Source: Octopus bimaculoides
Taxonomy: Eukaryota
Length of the DNA stretch: 48,507 nt
Direction: 5' to 3'
Assembly: GCF_001194135.2 (NCBI RefSeq)
Contig: NC_069004.1
Location: forward strand, 33,327,684 to 33,376,190
Shown one piece after another: positions 12,518 through 22,499 of the stretch. The notes beneath the pieces are model-generated. The model was not told where the DNA came from, made no database searches, and saw only the letters and a list, made by a program, of their open reading frames with translations. The translations under genes and the position numbers were made by a program. Each line of letters opens with the position of its first letter. Positions within the stretch are counted from its first letter, which is position 1.

Positions 12518-12990
12518 GTAGTGTATGGATGTCTATGTATAAAGCCTTAGTGCAAATGACCTCTACTTGTTTTACCTTATTGTGGTGTAAAAGCAGGCAT
12601 GTGTTAGACGTGGTAATGTTCGCGATGGTGGTGGTATTGGTGTTGATGCATAAGTGTTAAACGGCGGCGGTGGTGGTGGTAATGTTAATGTCAGTGAAGA
12701 TGGTGTTGTTGTTGGTATTACTTAGTGCTGGTGGCGGCGGAGGGGACGAGAATGTCGTCGGGGGATACAGGGAGGAGCTGAACAAAAACAACATAGATTC
12801 CTATATAGAGAGCCACGTATTATATACATCTATTACTATGTGTGTGTGTGTGTGTGTGTGTCTATAAATATGATTCTTTTTTTTTTTTACACGGGTAGAC
12901 ATTAGCTTCGTGGCTTGTGTGAATAAATGGTTTCCCAGAAAGTAGAAAATAGATTTATTTACTTCGTGCTTTTCTTTTTTTTTTTATTAG

Positions 12991-13049
12991 GTGGGGGTGC
13001 TTTTTACAAGGGCAACTTCAAAAACTGTCCAGGAACACTTCGACGTTTT
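12991..13049 (+). other. Candidate 59-nt internal exon of the divergent transcript
   Basis: Long polypyrimidine acceptor (cttcgtgcttttcttttttttttt..attAG, AG at 12989-12990) and a T|GTGAGT donor (GT at 13050-13051). All three frames are open, but no product is recognisable. Confidence 0.45.
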
Positions 13050-13607
13050 GTGAGTCTACACACAGCACTTATAATATATACATATGTGTGTGTATATATA
13101 ATGTATATATATTCTATGTGTGTACTAACTTCTGCCTATCAAATAAAATTACATATATATATATATATATATATAATATAGGATCTATATATATATAAGA
13201 TCTATACACACACACACAGAGAAATGTCTGTATATATGTGTGTTTGAATGTATATGTATGTGTGTATTATGCCTATATATCTATGTGTATATTATGCCTA
13301 TATATCTATGTGTATATCTAACACATGCATCATACGTGTGTACGACTATACACAACACTGACTAGACATATGTTATTTCTTTAAGCTGGGAGATGTGAGA
13401 ACTGCTATACGTGTAGAATAATATATACAGGACACACACAGACACATATGTTTGTGTTTTTTTGTTCATATCTGGTTCAGACAATGTGTAAATAAATGGT
13501 TGATGGACAGCTGAAAACAAGACATTTGTGTATCACCACGAATATTTTTGTTTGAGTGTTGGGATACCTCTAAAATACAGGGAGAAGATAGAGACAGACC
13601 AAAGTGC

Positions 13608-13649
<42 letters not shown>

Positions 13650-14249
13650 CAGGGAGAAGAGAGAGAGAGACCAAAGTGTGTGTGTCTGTATATGTATATA
13701 TATATATATATATATGTGTGTGTGCGTAGATAACAGGGGAGAAAGTAATAGTTTGTATTTATATATGTATCGAGGGGTAGCTAGTTACACAACAAAGAAT
13801 ATACATATGTATTTCTGAACAGATGTATGTATGGTGTATTTGCTGTTTGTTGCGTTACATCACAGGAGAGAAGAGAAAAGAGAGACTATGTATGGTCAAA
13901 GGAAAGAGAACAGTGAAAATAGGCAAGAAAAAGGGACAGTATGGAGCAAATAAGGAATAATAAGAATAATGGTAGCAATATAATGATAATAATAATGATG
14001 ATATAAACAAAGTGTAAACATACAAGAGCTGCTGACCGTAAAGTATTATAATACAGTACTTGTATGATCTTGTCTTGCTTTGTTTCACAGAACGTGTGTT
14101 TACAGTGCGAAAAGGAAAACTACAAACTGAGAGTGCGAGAGAGAGGGAGAGAGAAAGATACAGAGAGAGAGAGAGAGATACAGAGAGAGAGAGGTAGGTA
14201 AATAGATGGATAGAGATTGATAGATAGATTGATAGACAGACAGATTGAT

Positions 14250-14286
<37 letters not shown>

Positions 14287-14762
14287 CAAAGAGAGAGAGA
14301 GAGAGGTAAATAGATGGATAGAGATTGATAGATAGATCGATAGAGACAGACAGACAGATAAACAGAGAGAAAGAGAGAGATAGACGGAAAGGTAGATAGA
14401 TATAAACGGCAAGAGACGAAAGAGAGAGCGGTGGTTGGATGGAGTAAATGTTAATTAAGCAACATAAACAGTGTTAATTGCTGGAGGAAAACTACAAGAG
14501 GGTGGAGGTAAATGTATTGGCAGCAAAAGAAGAAGAAGAAACAGAATGCGAAGAAAAGAAGGGGGTATCTAAGGGGGGAAACAGGGAGAAGTGTTTAGTT
14601 TAAAGTGGTGTTATAAAAAGGTGTACAAGCATGTATGTATTATGTATAAAAAGGTTGGACACATTTACTGAGAAAAACAACAACAATGATGGCTGCCGTC
14701 GTGCTGCTGTTTTGGTGACGTAGCTCACGTGACCCAAACCGATCACGCCCTAATTCATACAT

Positions 14763-14795
<33 letters not shown>

Positions 14796-15032
14796 CATAC
14801 AAATACATATTTGTGTACATATAGATATACACGCATACACACACACATATATATATGTGTGTGTGTGTGTGTGTACAAACATGTAGACACGTGCATACAT
14901 ATGTATGTTTGTATGTATGTATGTATGTGTGCGCGTGTTTATAGCCCTATGTAAACCTCACTTTCTATACATACATGCACTTGTTTGTTTATAATATATA
15001 AATATGCATAAGCTATGCGTGCACGGATATAC

Positions 15033-15083
<51 letters not shown>

Positions 15084-15827
15084 NNNNNNNNNNNNNNNNN
15101 NNNNNNNNNNNNNNNNNNNNNNNNNNNNNNNNNNNNNNNNNNNNNNNNNNNNNNNNNNNNNNNNNNNNNNNNNNNNNNNNNNNNNNNNNNNNNNNNNNNN
15201 NNNNNNNNNNNNNNNNNNNNNNNNNNNNNNNNNNNNNNNNNNNNNNNNNNNNNNNNNNNNNNNNNNNNNNNNNNNNNNNNNNNNNNNNNNNNNNNNNNNN
15301 NNNNNNNNNNNNNNNNNNNNNNNNNNNNNNNNNNNNNNNNNNNNNNNNNNNNNNNNNNNNNNNNNNNNNNNNNNNNNNNNNTATATATATATATATATAT
15401 ATATATGCATACAGGTATCTACGTACACCTGTCTACGTATATGTGTTTGTGTATCCAATTTGTGGCGCAATGGATAACGTTCCTGGCTACGAATCTCAAG
15501 GTTCGTATCTTGGAGAGCTCGTATCAATTCATTTGCAGAAACTGTATAAAGTATGGCATTTTAACAATTAGATCTTTGTAACACTTGGCGAGAGAAAGAA
15601 GGGAGACAACATGTGGAGAGAAGATGTAAAAATAGGTGGTTGTTTATAAGGATGGTATGTTGCCAGTTTGGGGATGATGCCTGTGATGAGCGAAGGAGTT
15701 CAACAGATAAGAGTAAGAGACAGAAATAGCAAAGACGTAAATAGAAGTGTTTACGAATCAGTGTGGGAGCCACAACATGGTCGTTCGATCACCTAGAAAT
15801 AGCAACCAAACGTCCCTAAGAACTATT

Positions 15828-16051
15828 CGAGGGGGTGCTGAAGAGTTCTTGGCTTTGGGTAAAAGAAAAAAAAACGGGAGGATCGGTTAATTATGATTTT
15901 ATTCAATATAGTCCTCTCTCAGATTCACACACTTATTGCAGCGGTCCTTCAATTTTTTCTAAACCCTGTAAATAAAAAAAATCGGAAGGTTGGGCCTCCG
16001 ACTAGGCCTTTCGCGACACCCTTAAAGCCAAGAACTTGTCAATACCCCTCG
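15828..16051 (-). mobile_element. Mariner-derived MITE
   Basis: TIRs are cgagggggtgctgaagagttcttggcttt (left) and cgaggggtattgacaagttcttggcttt (right, reverse complement), with TA on the right flank. The interior retains the mariner C-terminus (DRCNKCVNLREDYIE*). Confidence 0.85.
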
Positions 16052-16469
16052 TATACTGCCACATTGAAACAAGACAAAATGGAAAAAAAAAAATAATTGT
16101 TTGATAATTGTTGCGTGAATGCTTGTGATCCTAAGTTTTGTCGACCTAGAACTGGACGACAATAATAACAACACTACATTCATCATTGAATACGCAATTT
16201 CTAAAAAGAACAGAACAATGGAACGAGTTTCACTAAGAAACAGAATTCAGGTTTTTAATTTTAATTTAATTTAATTTTTTTTTTTTACGGAATTCAACAA
16301 AATACAGATATGACTGGAAGCTTAAGATATTTGCTTCCCAGCTTCTTTGTCTGGAGTTCAATTTCATTGGGCAGCACCTTGAACAAGAGTCATAGGTTAA
16401 GAAGTAACATGTAGCAGTACTCAGCATTTGAAACCCTGTCAGTTCAGTAACGGGCAAAGGCCACAGCAT

Positions 16470-16577
16470 ATCAAGTTTCCATACTTTGTGAAGACTGTCC
16501 TCATCAAGTTTCCATACTTTGTGAAGACTGTCCTCATCAAGTTTCCATACTTTGTGAAGACTGTCCTCATCAAGTTT
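16470..16577. repeat. Perfect 33-bp tandem repeat, 3 copies plus 9 nt
   Basis: Unit atcaagtttccatactttgtgaagactgtcctc starts at 16470, 16503 and 16536, with a partial copy at 16569. Confidence 0.97.
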
Positions 16578-16964
16578 TCTTGGCCCATATTTCAGCCTCT
16601 CAATGTTCAGGTGTGTTTGTATGATGTCAAGACTAATGGAAAATTCCATGCAGTTTCATACCGAATCATAGAGGTAAATCAAGGTGCATGGGAAATCCAA
16701 GACAGAAGATTCATGGCAGATAACTATGCTGCTCAGTGTTCATGTTAAAAAGATCACCTCTTGCCAAACACGAACATAATATTTTCACCTCTCAGCAAGC
16801 ATACATTCTCACACACATAGCTTCTGGTATTCAGTTGAATAGTTTTTTTGTGAAGTAACAATTGTAACATCAATTTGTAAATGTTAATAAAATCTAAATA
16901 TCATGATTTTGTTTTGCTTGTAAGCGGCATGCAACCAAACCAAATATTCCAGCTCCCAACTAAC

Positions 16965-17440
16965 CACCAACACATGGCTGGTCAGGCCACCAGCTCCCTT
17001 GCAAATTCAACCACACTCCTTACAAAGTTGCCACAGAAGACATGGCAGCAGAACCATCTCACAAACTGCTTGATTTCTCCCTGGTTCATGTGAGTTTAGG
17101 TGGTTGACCAATCCAGATCTTGAGAGAGGAAATCATCCACACACACTCATTGCACTTCAGTTCCAATTGGATTTCTGCAGACATTGCACTTGAGTTCTGT
17201 TTACACAGTAAATGCTTCAGAGCAACATTCTCCTCTTGGCCTTTGCTCATAGACATCACGTCTGTTCTTGACAATCTTTCTCCTTCATGCATGGTTTTCA
17301 GCCGATGCCTCCCAATTATCCAAGTCCATTTCCAAAGCTTTCAGATTGCTTTTTATCCCATCCTTAAATTGCTTCCTTGCTTTATGCTGCAGCATTTTTC
17401 TTCTGGTCTTAACTCCCCAAAAATCTGTTTAAACATCCTT
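16965..17440 (-). mobile_element. RTE-like LINE 3' end with degenerate C2H2/CCHC-like motifs
   Basis: Translates as FKQIFGELRP...KARKQFKDGIKSNLKALEMDLDNWEASAEN...FLSRSGLVNHLNSHE, followed by CKECG*ICKGAGGLTSHV. Confidence 0.75.
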
Positions 17441-17489
17441 CTACTTTCCATTTTTCTCTGTTCATTTTCTGTCTTGCAATTTCCTTGGT

Positions 17490-17744
17490 GACCTCACTAG
17501 TGCTGGTGCCATGGAAAGAGCACCCAGTTCGCTCTGTAGAGTGGTTGGCATCAGGAAGGGCATCCTGCTGTAGAATCCGTGCAAAAACAGACAATTGGAG
17601 CTCGGCATAGCCCTATAGCTTGCTAGGTCTTGTCAAACCATTCAACCCATGCCAGCACGGAAAGCGGACATTAAATTACGTTGCTGTTGTTGTTGTTGTT
17701 ATTGATGATGATGACAACAACTATGATGATGGTAATGATGATGG

Positions 17745-17779
<35 letters not shown>

Positions 17780-17790
17780 ATGGTGATGAT
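17490..17790 (+). mobile_element. SINE-like family D ending in catgccagca(c/t)ggaaa...ttaaat plus (GTT/GAT)n tail
   Basis: Inverted siblings lie at about 3762-4050, 7582-7800 and 41440-41660, and a fragment at about 48280-48310. Confidence 0.7.
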
Positions 17791-18008
17791 GAGACAACAA
17801 TAAATTGCAAAGAAAGCAAAATAGCACATTACTCGTTATTATAACAGATTTTAGAAAACCTAAAAAAATGACATAAAAATGCTGAAAGAAAAAACAAAAA
17901 CAAAAAATACTCCATTTACACATGTAAAGGGAGACAATTTGTTGCTGTGGCAAGCTTCAACCCTGACAAGTTCCTGTTATTACATAAGAAGGAAAAAAAA
18001 ACCCCAGC

Positions 18009-18385
18009 TTTGAACCTTTTATTGGCATATTTCAGTTGAAATCCCCTGCTTTTGTTTCTGTTAATTTGAATATGATAAAGAATTCAGTAAAACAACTTTG
18101 ACATTATTAAGCTGGTGTTTGGAAGATCTTAATTCAGATCAATTTAACCCTTTTTGTTACCAGAGTTCTGTTAAAATATGCAGCGTTTGTCTCAATAAAT
18201 TTTGAAAATTATGAAAAATTTAGTAAACTAATTTTGTCATTATTAGAAGCTGGTGTTTGGAGTATAAATTAACATAATCTAGATCATTTGAATCCTTTCG
18301 TTACCATTTTTCTGTTAAAATACACTGCCTTCGTTTCAATTCACTTTGAAAATAATGAAGAGGTTAGTAAAATAATATCATCATA
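18009..18385 (+). repeat. Three diverged tandem copies of a ~100-145 bp MITE-end-like unit
   Basis: Units at about 18009, 18143 and 18288 share ttaaccctttcgttacca...ctgttaaaata...ttgaaaat..tgaagaattagtaaa...tcattatt, and the first two also share aagctggtgtttgg. The TTAA+CCCTTT start is piggyBac-like. Confidence 0.7.
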
Positions 18386-18856
18386 CAGAGATCAGAATTA
18401 GGCCCTTATACCCCTGGGCAACTGCCCAAAGTGACCATGCCTTAAGACGGCTCTGACCATCACCAGAATCTGTGGTCATTCAAGAACAGACTGGACAATG
18501 GACAGAGTACATAATGGCCTGTCCAGAATGCCCTACTCTACTCATTATTTTTCATTACTGCATATTTCGTCCGTCTATGTTCTGAGTTCAAATTCCACTG
18601 AAATCGACTTTGCCTTTCATCCTTTTGGGGGTCAGTGAATTAAGTACCAGTAAAACACTGGGGTCAATGCAATCAACTAATGTCAGGCCTTTGTGCCTAC
18701 AGTTGAAAGGATTGTTTTTCATTACTGCATGTCTTATTGTGCAGCTGCAATATTGTCATCATCAAGATGGAGACTTTGGTACAATTTCAAAGATGGATTT
18801 ATGGATGGTGCTTCATCATTTGCTTGGTTTTATGTGTCAAAGGATTAATTGAGGTG

Positions 18857-19175
18857 GAGGAGCATGGCTTAGGGGTTAGGGGTATTTGGCACAAGATTGT
18901 AAGGTCATGAGTTTGATTCCAGTTAGACATTGTGTTCTTGAGCAAGACACTTTATTTCACGTTGCTCCAGTCCACTCAGCAGGCAAAAATGAATCATACC
19001 TGTAATTCAAAAGGGGCCAGCCTTGTCACATTCTGTGTCACGTTCAATCTCCTTGAGAACTACATTAAAGGTACACGTGTCTGTGAAGTACTCAGCCACT
19101 ATGTTAATTTCACGAGCAGGCTGTTCCGTTGATTGGATCAACTGGAACCTTTGTGTTCATAACCAACTGGGTGCC
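18857..19175 (+). mobile_element. tRNA-derived SINE sharing head and core with family E but with a different tail
   Basis: Head gagcatggcttaggggttagggg...gagtttgattcc, core ttgtgttcttgagcaagacac, and tail tcaaaaggggccagccttgtcac...ggatcaactggaacc. Confidence 0.75.
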
Positions 19176-19399
19176 CTGCTAGAAACAGCAGCCAAATCTC
19201 ACTCGACTAACATTCATCTTAAATAAGGAAAGGATACATTAGGTAAAGTAATAAACATAGGCGTGGCTGTGTGGTAAGCAGTTTGCTTCCCAACCACAGT
19301 GTTTAGGGTTCAGTCCCACTGTGCAGCACGTTGAGCAAGTGTCTTCTATAGCATCAGGCTGGGCAAAGCCTTGTGAGTGAATTTGGAAAATGGATGATG

Positions 19400-19790
19400 G
19401 TGAAGGATGCTGACTCCTTACTTGTTTTTCTAAAATGCACCATAAATGTTCAATAATATTGAGATCTGGGGACTGTGGTGGCCAGATAAGATGTTCAACT
19501 TCACTAGAATGTTCCTCGTGCCATTCAGTAACGACTTTAGCTGTGTGAATTGGTGCATTGTCATCCTGAAAGATTGCACTTCCCTCTGGAAGCAGTTCCG
19601 CAACCATAGAATGAATTTGATCAGATAAAATGCTTAAATAGTCTTGACTATTAATTCTGCTATGAAGGGAAACCATTGGGCCGGCAGATTTCCAAGATAT
19701 AGCTCCCCACTCGCAGATCATCATGGTTGTCTTTACAAAACTTGTCTGGTTTAAAAAGCCACATGTAGGAGGTGGTCAAACTCTGCATAA
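19400..19790 (-). mobile_element. Tc1-like transposase fragment with DD36E spacing
   Basis: Translates as WGAISWKSAGPMVSL...IFQDDNAPIHTAKVVTEWHEEHSSEVEHLIWPPQSPDLNIIEHLWCILEKQVR. There are 36 residues between the second catalytic D and the E. The N-terminus and TIRs are absent; it is flanked by a SINE and a minisatellite. Confidence 0.92.
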
Positions 19791-19809
19791 GGAGTAGAAC
19801 AACCACCAT

Positions 19810-20381
19810 GCATGCATGCATGTATGTGTGAATGTAGGTATGTGTGAATGTATGTATGTATGCATGCATCTATGTACGTGTGAATGTATGTGTGCATGTG
19901 TGAATATATGTGTGAATGTATGTGTGCATGCATGTATGTATGTATGTATGTATATATGTGTGTGTGAATGTATGTATGGACGTGTAAATGTATGTATGTG
20001 TGAATGTATGTGTGCATGCATGTATGTATGTATGTATATATGTGTGTGTGAATGTATGTATGGACGTGTAAATGTATGTATGTGTGAATGTATGTANNNN
20101 NNNNNNNNNNNNNNNNNNNNNNNNNNNNNNNNNNNNNNNNNNNNNNNNNNNNNNNNNNNNNNNNNNNNNNNNNNNNNNNNNNNNNTATGTATGTATGTAT
20201 GTATATATGTGTGTGTGAATGTATGTATGGACGTGTAAATGTATGTATGTGTGAATGTATGTGTGCATGCATGTATGTATGTATGTATATATGTGTGTGT
20301 GAATGTATGTATGGACGTGTAAATGTATGTATGTGTGAATGTATGTATGTATATATGTGTGTGTGAATGTATGTATGGACG
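19810..20381. repeat. 84-bp higher-order minisatellite built from TATG/TGTG units
   Basis: The marker ggacg recurs at 19978, 20062, 20229, 20313 and 20377 (spacings 84, 167 across the N-gap, 84, 64). Confidence 0.85.
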
Positions 20382-20833
20382 TTCTCTTCTCTTTTTAATT
20401 TTGGTAGCAAGGTTGTGAAGGAAAGCATCTTGTTTTGTTAATTATCTTTAATATCTTAAGGCCTTGCAGATTTTTATAGTCCCAGACATCGGGATCATTT
20501 GTAGAGTATGAACGAAGGATGTATGCATGTATGTATTATGTATGCACGCACGTACGTGCGTACATACGTACACGAACACGAGTACGTGCGTACGGATGTA
20601 TAGCCATGTTGAAATACCAATATCGTCAAGTTTACTCAATGCACTTATAACACACACACACACACACACACGCAATACACACACGACAAACCAGTCGCAG
20701 AAAATGTAGGAAATAAAAATAAACAGACTCACGCAGAACAATGATTAAAAGCGGACGATGAAGTAGAAGTGAAAAAAATAGGTAAGAAAGCCAAGATGGA
20801 TATAGTATGTGAAGACGAACCAAAAACTGGGGG

Positions 20834-20891
<58 letters not shown>

Positions 20892-21550
20892 GGACATAAA
20901 CAAAGTGAAGTGTAGGTTTGTGTGTAATGTAGGTACGAGTGTTGATAAAGAGGGGATTGACCTGGAGAATGCGTGAATGAGAGAATGAATGAGTGAGCGT
21001 CTGAGAGAGACAGAGTGAGAAGGAGAGAGAAATACTGGTTAATGCGTGACAGAAAGAGCCAAATAAATAGCAAGAGAGAGAAAGAGAGACAGAAATAGTG
21101 TGTGAAAGAGACAGAGAGACAGATACAAGTAATTAGTGTGTGAGAGGGAGGAGAGAGAGAGAGAGAGAGAGAAGTAAAGCACGAGAGACTGAAATAACCT
21201 TAATGTAAGAGGGAGAAAGGGAGAAAGACAAATAAAAGTGAGAGAGAGGGAGAGGGAGAGCGTGTGGGCCAGAGTGAGGAGAAAGAGAGACAGAAATAAT
21301 GTATTTGAGAGAGAGAGAGGAGACAAAGAGACAGCAATAGACTGTGTGAGGGAGACAAAATAATTAATAGATAAAGAATGTGTGAGAGAGAGAGAGAGAG
21401 ATGTGAGACAGAAAGAGAGAGAGAGAGAGAGAAAGAAAGACGTTATTGAACAATTGAAAGCCCAAAGAATGTGAATAAATGCGATTATATAATATTAAAA
21501 AGGTTAGGGTTACTAAAGGAGACAGTTTTTAGAAGCGAGGATGACCTGTC

Positions 21551-21586
21551 GGGGAGGGGGGGGGGTTAGGGTTAGGGTTAGGGTTA
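21551..21586 (+). repeat. G-run plus (TTAGGG)3 interstitial telomere-like motif
   Basis: ggggagggggggggg followed by TTAGGG TTAGGG TTAGGG TTA at 21566-21586. Confidence 0.85.
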
Positions 21587-21699
21587 TGATGAATGTATGT
21601 ATAACTTGAGTGAAAGCTTGTGTAACACACGCACACATACATAGATACATACACGCATATATCACTATGTGTGTGTGTGTGTGTGTGTGTGAGTGCACA

Positions 21700-21899
21700 G
21701 AGAGTGAGTGTGTCGTTTAGCCCCAGGCCAACCAACCCTCACCCAGCAGATTATCGAACATTTTAGCAAGACCAACTGGTCTTTATTTATTTGTTTATTT
21801 CAGGTACAGTGTATCAAGGATTACATTAACCAATGAGTGTCATTGTGGTGCTCCAGCATGACCACAGCCACTTGGCTGAAACGCATAAATAAATAAATA

Positions 21900-21935
<36 letters not shown>

Positions 21936-22350
21936 ACGCTTCGGTATGTGAAAGATTTAGCTGCTGTTTCTAGCAGGTTGAATGACTAGTTAAAGGCCAC
22001 TCACTACCACCACACTTACTGGTTTCTGAGTGACTGTGCTAAGTATCAATTTAATTGAGTGAAAGAAAGATAAAAACAGAGAGAAAGAGAAAGAAAAAGG
22101 AGAGAGAGAGAGAGAGAGAAAGTGTGTGTATATGCGAGTGTCATTGTTTCACCCCATGTTAGCTCTGATCCAGCAGTTACAATTTTAGCATGACCATCGA
22201 TTCTTTATTTATTTAATTTTTTTTTTTCAGGTACAGTGTATCGAGGATCACATTTTCCATTGTGCAATGTTTCTAAAAGACGTTACTGTATGACGTGAGG
22301 GAGATTTGGCTGCGGTTTCTAGCAAGTCAAATGACCGTCTAGAGGCTTCC
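21700..22350 (+). repeat. Two adjacent copies of an interspersed repeat (family C)
   Basis: Shared blocks ttttcaggtacagtgtatc(a/g)aggat(t/c)acatt (~21797 and ~22224) and gattt(a/g)gctgc.gtttctagca (~21955 and ~22302). Inverted fragments lie at about 1200, 1420-1445 and 19178-19200. Confidence 0.7.
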
Positions 22351-22463
22351 GAGTTAAAGGAAGACAAAGAGAGAGAGAGAGAGAGAGAGGTGAGAAATAA
22401 AAGAGAGTGAATGAATATAGGTAGAGACAGACAGATAGATAGAAAGACAGACAGACAGCTAGG

Positions 22464-22499
<36 letters not shown>

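Noticed and set aside
16470-16577. 33-bp direct repeats as a CRISPR-like array
   Set aside because: The repeats are contiguous with no spacers, the context is eukaryotic, and there are no cas genes.
19239-19724. 161-aa ORF as an intact transposase gene
   Set aside because: It lacks the DNA-binding domain and the first catalytic D, and its last ~50 codons are read-through into an antisense SINE.
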